DNA from: an uncultured Clostridia bacterium
Lineage (GTDB): Bacteria; Bacillota; Clostridia; Oscillospirales; CAG-272
Direction: 5' to 3'
NCBI GenBank assembly: GCA_937893945.1
Contig: CALCTA010000107.1
Location: forward strand, 1-44,940
DNA: 44,940 nucleotides
The notes under the pieces were generated by a model. That model did not search any database. It was not told the origin of the DNA and worked only from the letters and a program-made list of their open reading frames with translations. Every line of letters begins with the position of its first letter. Within the stretch, counting starts at the first letter, position 1. Shown here in pieces: positions 1 through 8,581 of the stretch. A program made the position numbers and the translations under genes.

Positions 1-1
1 A

Positions 2-868
2 AGAAGAACGCTCAAGAGCAATACCGAATACTATTCGCCAAACATAGTTTGCTCAGACAGATACGTATTGGTCTATGACAGTGCTTCGTCGGCGTTCTCG
101 GTATATAATTCATTCTCAAAGGTATATAACGAGCGTCTTTCGAGTCCGATAACCGATGCTTGCTTTGGCTCTGACGGCTCGTTTGCGGTAGCAACAAAGA
201 ACGAGGACAGCCAATCGGTAATATATCTCTACGGCAAGGATATAAAGCTTCGCGGAGATATAAGCGAGAGTAAGTATATCTTTGATATGGCGATAGGAGA
301 GGGCGGTGAACGCTTCTGCACGCTTACCTATCAAGCAGGAAGCGGAAAGGGAATGACAACGCTCAATCTTTACAATATCAAGAGCTCGGAGAACTCCGGA
401 AAGCTTGAGAGCATTGATATAGACGGCGAATTTCCTATAGGCTGCGCTTATCTCGACAACGGCAGAATAGCAGTCCTTACCAATCTGGCTATAAGAATAT
501 ATGATAAGGATCTTGACGAAAAAGAGAAGCATACCTTCTACGATGCCAATATCAGAGCCTTCAGGACAGGTGTTGAAGGAATATCGGTGGTTGTAAGCTC
601 GGATGCCGAGAAGAAGGTCATTGCCTATAACGAAAAGGGCGAATTCGCTTATGAGGATGACCTTGGCGAAAACGTCTCTGCAATAGAGCAGTGCGACGGT
701 TACCTCTTTTTGCGTACAGCCTCGGGTGTCATAAGGATAGATATGGACAATAACGAAAGAGAATTTCTCCCCTCGGAAAGCGGAAAAATGCTTATATACG
801 GCAGCGATACCGCGATGGTCTGCGGAGAAGCAAAGGCGGAATATCTCGTGTTTGGAAAAGACCGCTGA
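2..868 (+). CDS. Hypothetical beta-strand-rich repeat protein, 5'-truncated by the window edge
   Basis: The reading frame is open from position 2 with no stop upstream of the TTG at 68, and the stop is at 866-868. The repetitive G/D-rich beta-like segments carry no catalytic motif I recognise. Confidence 0.55.
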   Translation, partial: RRTLKSNTEYYSPNIVCSDRYVLVYDSASSAFSVYNSFSKVYNERLSSPITDACFGSDGSFAVATKNEDSQSVIYLYGKDIKLRGDISESKYIFDMAIGEGGERFCTLTYQAGSGKGMTTLNLYNIKSSENSGKLESIDIDGEFPIGCAYLDNGRIAVLTNLAIRIYDKDLDEKEKHTFYDANIRAFRTGVEGISVVVSSDAEKKVIAYNEKGEFAYEDDLGENVSAIEQCDGYLFLRTASGVIRIDMDNNEREFLPSESGKMLIYGSDTAMVCGEAKAEYLVFGKDR

Positions 869-913
869 GCCGCGATTGCGGTACAATAAAAGTTTAAGGA
901 CGGATTCTTTGAA

Positions 914-1489
914 ATGAAGCTGAAAAATATCCCTAATATTTTATCAATAATACGAATTTTCCTTGTGTTTGTTTTCGTATTCGTATTTTTTGTGTTGGAC
1001 TCTCCAATAGGTGCGTTGATTGTTTTCTTGGTGGCAGGCGCTACAGACATAGTTGACGGATACCTCGCGAGAAGATTTAATTGGATAACGAATCTCGGAA
1101 AGATACTCGATCCGTTTGCGGATAAGCTTATGCAGTGTACGGCACTAATCTGTCTTTGCATAAAGAGATACGTTCCGCTCTGGTTCATGCTGATCTTTCT
1201 TGCTAAGGAGATAGGAACTTTACTTATAGGTCTTATAGTTATCAGACGCCGTAGCGTAGTCGTGGTCAGCAAATGGTACGGTAAGGCGGCTGTATGCCTC
1301 TTCTATCTGACTATATTCTTCTCCATAGTTTTCAGCGACTTCCTCGTAGAAAATCCCATTATCAGTGTACTTATGTTTGGCTTTGCGGCACTTTTTGCGC
1401 TTTGCTCATTCGCCGCATATATCAAGCATTATTCCAAGTTGAAGAAAGAAGAGATAGACAAGGGAACTATCCGAAAGGTAATAAAATAA
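914..1489 (+). CDS. pgsA: CDP-diacylglycerol--glycerol-3-phosphate 3-phosphatidyltransferase (CDP-alcohol phosphatidyltransferase family)
   Basis: Carries the CDP-alcohol transferase signature DGYLARRFNWITNLGKILDPFADKL (D-G-x2-A-R-x8-G-x3-D-x3-D). The 191-aa protein is multi-TM. AAGGA lies upstream of the ATG. Confidence 0.88.
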   Translation: MKLKNIPNILSIIRIFLVFVFVFVFFVLDSPIGALIVFLVAGATDIVDGYLARRFNWITNLGKILDPFADKLMQCTALICLCIKRYVPLWFMLIFLAKEIGTLLIGLIVIRRRSVVVVSKWYGKAAVCLFYLTIFFSIVFSDFLVENPIISVLMFGFAALFALCSFAAYIKHYSKLKKEEIDKGTIRKVIK

Positions 1490-1516
1490 ATCCGAAAGGG
1501 ATCGGTCGATATATTT

Positions 1517-3826
1517 ATGGTAATGTGTTCAAGATGCCACAAGCGTGTGGCGGTGGTTTTCGTAACCAAATTAGAGAATGGAAATAAGGTCAACGAGGGG
1601 CTTTGCATCAAATGCGCAAAGGATCTCGGTGTTCCGATAGATAATATGCTTGGCGACGTTATGAGCCAGTTTGGACTTTCTCCCGAGCAGGTAGAGGCTA
1701 TGGAGAATGAGTTTGGCGCGATGGTAGAAAAGGGAGAGATCCCCTCTGACAACGACGACCTTGAGGAAGGCGGTGCGCCTGCTATCGATATGCCTCAGCT
1801 CTTTAATAATTCAGGGCTTCCCACAGAGCAGCCAAGCGGCGCTAAAAATAAGAAAAAAGCAAAGGACTCGGGCGAGGAAAAGCCTAAGAAATATAAATTC
1901 CTTGACACCTATTGCCGCAATCTTACAAGAAGAGCGGCTGACGGAAAGCTTGACAGGATAATCGGCAGAGACCGAGAGCTTGAGCGAGTTATACAGATAC
2001 TCTGTCGCCGTCAGAAGAACAACCCCTGCCTTATCGGTGAGCCTGGTGTAGGTAAGACCGCTATAGCAGAGGCTCTCGCGCAGAGAATAGCAGACGGAAG
2101 CGTTCCGTTCAAGCTTCGCGGAAAGCAGATATATCTTGTGGATATGACCGCGCTCGTTGCGGGAACTCAGTTCCGCGGACAGTTTGAGTCAAGAATGATA
2201 GGACTTCTTAACGAGGTCAAGGAAGCGGGAAACGTTATCCTCGTTATCGACGAGGTGCATAATATCGTAGGTATCGGTGATTCCGAGGGAAGTGTTAACG
2301 CTGCAAATATCCTAAAACCCGCTCTCTCTCGCGGAGAGGTAAGGATAATCGGTGCTACCACTCTTAACGAGTACCGTAAGTATATTGAAAAGGATACCGC
2401 GCTTGAGCGCCGCTTTCAGCCTATTACTGTGGCTGAACCCTCTATCGAAGAAAGCGTAAAGATGCTCGAGGGCATCAAGCACTACTACGAGGAGTTCCAC
2501 TCTATCAGAATACCCGACGAGGTAGTAGCAAGAGCGGTTACTCTTTCTGAGAGATATATAACCGACAGATATTTGCCCGATAAAGCCATAGACCTGCTTG
2601 ACGAGGCGGCGTCTCACTTGTCTCTTACAAGCTCTGTGCTTAATGAAACTCAAGAAATACGCGAGCAGCTTATGGAGCTTAAGGATAAAAGGGAAGCACT
2701 TGAGGCAAATACCCCTGCTGATGAAAAGGAGACTCATAAGCGATATGAGGAGATAGCGGGAATAAAATCTCAGGAGATAAAGCTCTCAGAGAAGCTTCGC
2801 GCTCTTGAACCGTCCTGCGACAGCGTTGTGCTTACAGAGGCGGACATCGCAGAGGTCATTGAGGTCTGGACGGGAATTCCCGCGACTGACATAAGCGAGA
2901 ATGAATATGAGCAGATAGATAAGCTCGCGGACCGAATCAAGAAAAAGATAGTCGGTCAGGACGAGGCAGTTATGGCTGTGGCAAGAGCTATAAAGCGCAA
3001 CCGCGCGGGCATCTCCTATAAGCGTAAGCCTGTTTCATTTATCTTTGCGGGACCTACGGGTGTCGGAAAGACCGAGCTTGTCAAAACTCTGGCGGCAGAC
3101 CTTTTTCATTCTCCCGAGACACTTATCAGGCTTGATATGTCCGAGTTTATGGAGAAGCATTCTGTTTCAAGAATAATCGGAGCGCCTCCCGGATACGTCG
3201 GATATGACGAGGCAGGACAGCTTACCGAAAAGATACGCCGCAGACCCTATTCTGTAGTGCTCTTTGACGAGATAGAAAAGGCTCACCCCGACGTTCTCAA
3301 TATCCTTCTTCAGATACTTGACGACGGAAGAATAACCGACGCAAGAGGAAAGACAGTCAATTTTGAGAATACCGTTATAGTTATGACCACCAACGCAGGC
3401 TCTGACAATTCGGGCGCTACCGTAGGCTTCTTCTCTGAGGAAGCGTCTCTCTCCGAGAGTAAGACTATGAAGGCGCTCTCAGGCTTCCTGCGCCCCGAGT
3501 TTATTAACCGAGTAGATGAGATAATAACCTTCCGCTCGCTTGATGAGGCAGACTTTGAAAAAATCGCGCGTATTATGCTTGACGAGCTCAAGAGCGCCCT
3601 CGCGGAGAAGAATATAACCTTTAAGTATTCTCCTGCGGCGGCAGAGTATATCGCGAAGAATTCCTTCTCGCGTAAGTTTGGAGCGAGAAATATGCGCCGC
3701 TTTATCAGAGTGAACGTTGAGGACAGACTTGCTGAAAAGATAATCGCAGACTACTCTCGCCGCATAAGCGGAGTAGCACTTGGATATTCCAAGAAAGAAA
3801 ATAAATTAACTGTTGAGTGTATTTGA
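1517..3826 (+). CDS. clpE: ClpE-type class I Clp/Hsp100 AAA+ ATPase with an N-terminal zinc ribbon
   Basis: Two Walker A boxes (GEPGVGKT and GPTGVGKT), a short coiled-coil middle region, and a VGF tripeptide (GATVGFF) matching the ClpP-docking loop. The N-terminus has CSRC-x21-CIKC in place of Clp_N repeats. Confidence 0.85.
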   Translation: MVMCSRCHKRVAVVFVTKLENGNKVNEGLCIKCAKDLGVPIDNMLGDVMSQFGLSPEQVEAMENEFGAMVEKGEIPSDNDDLEEGGAPAIDMPQLFNNSGLPTEQPSGAKNKKKAKDSGEEKPKKYKFLDTYCRNLTRRAADGKLDRIIGRDRELERVIQILCRRQKNNPCLIGEPGVGKTAIAEALAQRIADGSVPFKLRGKQIYLVDMTALVAGTQFRGQFESRMIGLLNEVKEAGNVILVIDEVHNIVGIGDSEGSVNAANILKPALSRGEVRIIGATTLNEYRKYIEKDTALERRFQPITVAEPSIEESVKMLEGIKHYYEEFHSIRIPDEVVARAVTLSERYITDRYLPDKAIDLLDEAASHLSLTSSVLNETQEIREQLMELKDKREALEANTPADEKETHKRYEEIAGIKSQEIKLSEKLRALEPSCDSVVLTEADIAEVIEVWTGIPATDISENEYEQIDKLADRIKKKIVGQDEAVMAVARAIKRNRAGISYKRKPVSFIFAGPTGVGKTELVKTLAADLFHSPETLIRLDMSEFMEKHSVSRIIGAPPGYVGYDEAGQLTEKIRRRPYSVVLFDEIEKAHPDVLNILLQILDDGRITDARGKTVNFENTVIVMTTNAGSDNSGATVGFFSEEASLSESKTMKALSGFLRPEFINRVDEIITFRSLDEADFEKIARIMLDELKSALAEKNITFKYSPAAAEYIAKNSFSRKFGARNMRRFIRVNVEDRLAEKIIADYSRRISGVALGYSKKENKLTVECI

Positions 3827-3828
3827 TA

Positions 3829-6585
3829 ATGAACGAAAAGTGGTTTGATCTATCGGTCGAGGAGATCGAGAAAAAGCTTAAGACCAACGCCGCCTCGGGA
3901 CTTTCTCCCAAGGCGGCTCGTTCCCGCGCGAGTATGCATAAAAAGGACGAGCCCTTCTTTACGGTAAAGAAAAGAAGGATAGATAAGCTCATTTTAGAGC
4001 TGTTTTCAGACATTTTTCTCGTCCTGCTTACGCTTCTCGCGATTTTTTCGCTCTTTTTTGAGGGAGATGCTTTTATTGGAAGCGCGATCCTCATAGTAAT
4101 TGTTATCAATTTGCTCTGGTCGCTGTTTTTGTATTACCGAGACAGACGCGGACTTGAGTCAATGTCGGATTTCTTTGCTCCCACAGCACGCGTAATACGC
4201 GGCGGAAAGCTTTATATAGCCGATTACAGAGACGTAGTCGAGGGCGACGTGATACTTATAGAAAAGGGCGATATCCTCGGTTGCGACGCGCGCCTCGTTC
4301 ATTCGGATAAGCTTACCGTCAGAATGAAGGTCGATAAAAAGACCGAGAAGCTTCTTGAAAAATATGCGAGTGGTGCTCTAAGACCCGACGAGATATATGC
4401 GGAAAATATGGTAAATATGGTTCACGCAGGCTCGGTAGTCGCAAGCGGAAGCGGAAGAGCGATCGTTACCTCGATAGGCAAATATACCTACCTTGGCGCT
4501 ATGACGGGCGGAATTGCGGAGATACCCTCAAAGGAGCTGCCGCGAGGACTTTCGCATCTGAAAAAGGAATGCTCAAAAATAGGAATGATCTTGCTTCTTT
4601 TGACGCTTCCTTTCTGTATATCAAGCTTTCTTTTCGGAAGCTTCCCCGGAGGGAACGTTTCTCTTTCCGAGGCGGTGCTCGTTGCGCTTTCTATAGGCGC
4701 TACGGCGATGCTTTCAAGAGCCTCAAACCTTTTCTGCGGATTTTTCGTGCGACATGTCCGCAGATCTGCTATATCCGAGAACCCCTGCATCATTCGTTCA
4801 CTTGCGGCGTTTGACGCTCTTGCGGATATGGATTACCTATTCTTGCTTGACGGAAGCATCGCCACAGATGGAATACTTCACTTTGATACACTTGCTACCG
4901 CCGACGGTGAGACAAGAAGCTTTGAGCGCGTAGGACAGAGCGCAAATCTGTTGTGCGAGCTGATAGCAATGTACGATAGCGCTCGCTCGTCTTCACTTGC
5001 CATGGGTGTAAGACCAAGTGCGGAGATTGACACGGGTATTGCTGAGTTTATGAGAAAAAGCGCCATTGATACTCATGCGCTTAAGATAAAATACTCCATA
5101 CAGTCCTATCTGCCGGGTATCGACAAGACGGCGAGAGATTCGGTGATATACTTAGATAAGGGAGTAAAAAAGGAGCTTAGCGTCTCCTTGTCAATAAAGC
5201 TTCTTGAAGAATGCCGCTTTGTTACCGTGGCAGGAGCGCCAAAGCCCCTGAGTGCAGAGGGCAGGGAAAATATTTCAAGAAGTATTTCTCAGTACACCTC
5301 TATGGGTAGGCGTGTAGTACTTTTTGCGCTTGGAACGGAGCAGGATAGATGCTTCGTGGGTATGCTTGTTCTTCGCGAAGGAGCAGACACCGAGCTTTCA
5401 AGCGCTATATCGGCAGTCCGAAAGAGCGGTGTCAGCATCATATCCTTTTCAAATTGTAAAGGAAGAAGCAATGCACCCGAGATACCCGATATGCTTAGGC
5501 AAGGAAATCGCGCTTATGCGGCAGACTTTGCGAGAAAAGGACTTCCCGCTGACCATTCATTTGGTAGCTACGACGAATATTGCGGCTTTTCTGCCGAGGA
5601 CATAGCACTTCTCGCAAGGCATGTAAAGTCCAAGGGAAAAGGCTTGATGATTTGCGGATTTACAGACTTTGCCGCTGAGGCTATAGGTGTGGCGGACGTG
5701 TTCGTTTCCTGCGCACCCGTAAGGACGGGAGTTTTCGGACACTTTGACGAGGAGATACGCTCGCTTGAGGTTCCGGGAGAGCAGAGCAGTGCTTCATGCG
5801 ATCAGACCGTCAAGGCTGAGGCAGATATCCTGCTTATGCGCCCGAAGAATAAGAAGGGCGGACTTGCGCCTTTGGCGGTGGCAGTCAGCTCCTGTAGGAT
5901 CGCTTACAGGAATCTCTTTGGATATATCAGATACTTTATATTTGCTTCGCTTATGCGGATAGTGGCTATAGGATTTCCAATGCTTTTTGGACAGATGTCA
6001 GGAGCGGCTATACATCTGCTTCTGCTCGGATTCCTTGCCGATATGGCGGCACTGCTGATCTTTATGAGAGACAACCGACGTGTAGGCGCGGAGAAAAAGA
6101 ATATCAAGAAGGAGCTTCTTGATACGAGCATCACCTCACTTCCCAAAAAGTATCTTCCGCTTACCGCGGCATCCTTGCTTGGCGCTGTGCTTACCTTGCT
6201 CATTCCTAATCTTATTGGACTTCTCGATATCTTTGGAAACTACATCTATAAAGCAGAATATACCTTTACAGCTCTTTTACTGCTTCAGCTCTCGCTGTTT
6301 ATATGCGTTTACGTAAAGGATATTCTCAGCAAGGCGCAGATGAGAAAGCTGTTTACCAATAAGGTGTTTATAATTGAGCTTGCCGTGGCATTCGTGCTTG
6401 TGCTTATATGCTTCCTTACTCCGCTGGGTAATCTGTTCGGACTTGTGAACAATCCTATCGTTTATCTTATTGCTTCATTCTTGCCTTCAATAGCGTTTTT
6501 GATATGCTTCTACGCTATGTCTTTCCCAAAGAAAAAGAAAACCGGAGAAGAGAAGAGCAAAAAGATGAGAAAAAAGCAAAAATAA
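3829..6585 (+). CDS. P-type (P2-like) cation ATPase homologue with degenerate catalytic motifs, probably a pseudo-ATPase
   Basis: Has a Cation_ATPase_N-like start (LSVEEIEKKL..GLSPKAA), an actuator-like GDVILIEKGDILGCDARL, and about 10 TM segments. TGES is absent, DKTGT reads DGSIA (4849-4863), and GDGVND reads GFTDFA (5656-5673). The ATG at 3829 follows the clpE TGA (3824-3826). The GTG at 3817 in the ORF track is less likely. Confidence 0.8.
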   Translation: MNEKWFDLSVEEIEKKLKTNAASGLSPKAARSRASMHKKDEPFFTVKKRRIDKLILELFSDIFLVLLTLLAIFSLFFEGDAFIGSAILIVIVINLLWSLFLYYRDRRGLESMSDFFAPTARVIRGGKLYIADYRDVVEGDVILIEKGDILGCDARLVHSDKLTVRMKVDKKTEKLLEKYASGALRPDEIYAENMVNMVHAGSVVASGSGRAIVTSIGKYTYLGAMTGGIAEIPSKELPRGLSHLKKECSKIGMILLLLTLPFCISSFLFGSFPGGNVSLSEAVLVALSIGATAMLSRASNLFCGFFVRHVRRSAISENPCIIRSLAAFDALADMDYLFLLDGSIATDGILHFDTLATADGETRSFERVGQSANLLCELIAMYDSARSSSLAMGVRPSAEIDTGIAEFMRKSAIDTHALKIKYSIQSYLPGIDKTARDSVIYLDKGVKKELSVSLSIKLLEECRFVTVAGAPKPLSAEGRENISRSISQYTSMGRRVVLFALGTEQDRCFVGMLVLREGADTELSSAISAVRKSGVSIISFSNCKGRSNAPEIPDMLRQGNRAYAADFARKGLPADHSFGSYDEYCGFSAEDIALLARHVKSKGKGLMICGFTDFAAEAIGVADVFVSCAPVRTGVFGHFDEEIRSLEVPGEQSSASCDQTVKAEADILLMRPKNKKGGLAPLAVAVSSCRIAYRNLFGYIRYFIFASLMRIVAIGFPMLFGQMSGAAIHLLLLGFLADMAALLIFMRDNRRVGAEKKNIKKELLDTSITSLPKKYLPLTAASLLGAVLTLLIPNLIGLLDIFGNYIYKAEYTFTALLLLQLSLFICVYVKDILSKAQMRKLFTNKVFIIELAVAFVLVLICFLTPLGNLFGLVNNPIVYLIASFLPSIAFLICFYAMSFPKKKKTGEEKSKKMRKKQK

Positions 6586-6618
6586 TTGTAAACAATTTGT
6601 TAATTTATAATATCGCAC

Positions 6619-6647
6619 TTGAAAAATATTTACAAGTATGATATAAT
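6619..6647 (+). promoter_or_regulatory. Sigma-A type promoter of rpsB-tsf
   Basis: TTGAAA (6619-6624), an exact 17-nt spacer, then TATAAT (6642-6647). Confidence 0.6.
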
Positions 6648-6798
6648 CAACTGTAATTTGCGTGTCGGCAAAGACTGACCGTGAAAATAATAATACACAC
6701 ACGTTCCATAGTGAGCGATCCGGTGTCGGCGGCAAGCGCGTGCGGTCGATTGGTCGTTGATGGTAACGTGGTGGAAAAAACCGAAGGAGGACATAAAA
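6648..6798 (+). promoter_or_regulatory. Long GC-enriched 5' leader of rpsB, a candidate ribosomal-protein autoregulatory leader
   Basis: About 150 nt separate the -10 box from the rpsB ATG. GTGTCGGC occurs twice (6662-6669 and 6723-6730), and complementary GACCG/CGGTC segments lie at 6677-6681 and 6743-6747. The SD AAGGAGGA is at 6784-6791. Confidence 0.35.
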
Positions 6799-7536
6799 AT
6801 GTCTGTTATTTCTATTAAGCAGTTGCTTGAAGCAGGTGTTCATTTCGGACACCACACAAGAAGATGGAACCCCAAAATGCAGGAGTACATCTTCACCGAG
6901 AGAAACGGTATCTACATCATTGACTTGCAGAAGACCGTTAAGAAGTTTGATGAAGCTTATGCTTTCATCCGTGATATCGCAGCAGAGGGCGGCAATGTTC
7001 TTTTCGTAGGAACAAAGAAGCAGGCAGCTGACGCTATCAAGGAAGAGGCTCTCCGTTGCGGAATGTACTACGTAAACGTACGTTGGCCCGGCGGTATGAT
7101 GACAAACTTCAAGACCATCAAGAAGTCCATCGGCAGACTCAACGCGCTCACGAAGATGCAGGAGGATGGCACATTCGATCTTCTTCCCAAGAAGGAAGTT
7201 GCTGCAAAGCAGAAGGAGATCTTTGACCTCGAGAAGAACTACGGCGGTATCAAGAACATGGATCAGCTTCCCGCTGCTATCTTCATCGTAGATCCCAAGA
7301 AGGAAAGAAACGCAGTTCTTGAGGCTAAGAAGCTTGGTATTCCGGTAGTTGCTATCGTTGACACCAACTGCGATCCTGACGATGCTGATTACGTAATTCC
7401 CGGTAACGATGACGCTATCCGCGCTATCAAGCTTATCTCTTCCGTACTTGCTGATGCAGTTATCGAAGGTAAGCAGGGCGAGCAGCTCACCGAGGCTCCC
7501 GCAGAGAACGCAGAGGCAGAGGCTGACGCTGAGTAA
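6799..7536 (+). CDS. rpsB: 30S ribosomal protein S2
   Basis: [27 protein letters not shown] is the canonical S2 N-terminus. The ATG at 6799 is preceded by AAGGAGGA, so the ORF-track start at 6757 is an upstream extension. Confidence 0.97.
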   Translation: MSVISIKQLLEAGVHFGHHTRRWNPKMQEYIFTERNGIYIIDLQKTVKKFDEAYAFIRDIAAEGGNVLFVGTKKQAADAIKEEALRCGMYYVNVRWPGGMMTNFKTIKKSIGRLNALTKMQEDGTFDLLPKKEVAAKQKEIFDLEKNYGGIKNMDQLPAAIFIVDPKKERNAVLEAKKLGIPVVAIVDTNCDPDDADYVIPGNDDAIRAIKLISSVLADAVIEGKQGEQLTEAPAENAEAEADAE

Positions 7537-7580
7537 TTTCAACTCGATTTAGTTAATAATACGAAAGGAATTATAAAGAT

Positions 7581-8513
7581 ATGGCAAACATTACAGCAAA
7601 AGACGTTGCCGAGCTCCGCGCTAAGACCGGTATCGGTATGATGGAGTGCAAGAAGGCTCTCGTAGAGGCTAACGGCGACGCAGAGGAAGCAATAAAGATC
7701 CTCCGTAAGAGAGGCGAGCTTAAGGCAGAGGCAAAGGCAGCTACAAGAATCGCTGCTGACGGTATCGTTGACGTTATGACCGCTGATGGCGTTACTGCTA
7801 TCGTTGAGGTCAACTCCGAGACTGACTTCGTTGCTAAGAACGCATCTTTCCAGGAGTTCGTAAAGAATATCCTTAAGACCATTATCGCAAACAAGCCCGC
7901 TGATGTTGATGCGCTTCTCGCGTCTACCTACGTTGATTCCGACGTAACCGTTGACGCTAAGCTCAAGGAAATGATCTTCGTTATCGGTGAGAAGCTCAGC
8001 ATCCGCCGCTTTGCTCTCGCAGAGGGTATCACCAGCACTTACATCCACGGTGCAGGCAGCATCGGTGTTGTTGTAAGCTTTGATGCTGATGAGGCTGTTG
8101 TGGCTAAGGAAGAGTTCGCAGCATTCATGAAGAACATCGCTCTTCAGATCGGCGCGTTCACCACTCCTTACCTTGACAGAGAGTCTGTTCCCGCATCCGT
8201 TATTGAGGATGAAAAGCAGATCATTCTTGCTCAGATGGCTAACGATCCCAAGAACGCTGGCAAGCCTGCTAACATTCTTGAGAAGATGGTTGTCGGTAAG
8301 CTCGGCAAGTTCTACGAGAACAACTGCCTGCTCGATATGGAGTACTTCAAGGACGACGATATCAAGGTTGGCAAGTACGTAGAGAACACCGCTAAAGAGC
8401 TTGGCGGTAACATCAAGATCACAGGTTTCTACCGTTTTGAGAAGGGCGAAGGCATTCAGAAGAGAGAAGAGAACTTTGCTGAAGAGATCGCAAAGCTCAC
8501 CAACAATCAGTAA
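7581..8513 (+). CDS. tsf: Translation elongation factor Ts
   Basis: The UBA-like N-terminus ITAKDVAELRAKTGIGMMECKKALVEANGD and the position directly after rpsB. Confidence 0.97.
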   Translation: MANITAKDVAELRAKTGIGMMECKKALVEANGDAEEAIKILRKRGELKAEAKAATRIAADGIVDVMTADGVTAIVEVNSETDFVAKNASFQEFVKNILKTIIANKPADVDALLASTYVDSDVTVDAKLKEMIFVIGEKLSIRRFALAEGITSTYIHGAGSIGVVVSFDADEAVVAKEEFAAFMKNIALQIGAFTTPYLDRESVPASVIEDEKQIILAQMANDPKNAGKPANILEKMVVGKLGKFYENNCLLDMEYFKDDDIKVGKYVENTAKELGGNIKITGFYRFEKGEGIQKREENFAEEIAKLTNNQ

Positions 8514-8535
8514 TTGATCTTGAATATATAAAAAT

Positions 8536-8566
8536 AAGGGAGATCAATTCTCCCTTGTTTTTTATT
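8536..8566 (+). terminator. Intrinsic terminator after tsf
   Basis: Stem AAGGGAGA (8536-8543) pairs with TCTCCCTT (8549-8556), followed by GTTTTTTATT. Confidence 0.7.
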
Positions 8567-8581
8567 GCAAAGGAGTCGTAT

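Noticed and set aside
116-886. 256-aa minus-strand ORF, and similar antisense ORFs at 8507-9316, 38199-38816 and 39780-40511
   Set aside because: All lie entirely opposite strongly supported plus-strand genes and have biased, motif-free composition. I treated them as shadow ORFs.
6757-6798. Upstream extensions of ORF-track starts (rpsB 6757, gpsA-like 8555, nusB 11356, xseB 14078, CNNM 28859, ATPase-like 3817, grpE 40658)
   Set aside because: In each case a downstream ATG has a proper GGAGG-type SD and matches the conserved protein N-terminus. The extensions run into promoters, terminators or the upstream gene.
6487-7542. 351-aa ORF on the minus strand
   Set aside because: It is fully antisense to rpsB, whose identity is unambiguous. 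The product is low-complexity and Leu/Ser/Cys/Val-rich, with no motif and no SD. This is a typical shadow ORF.
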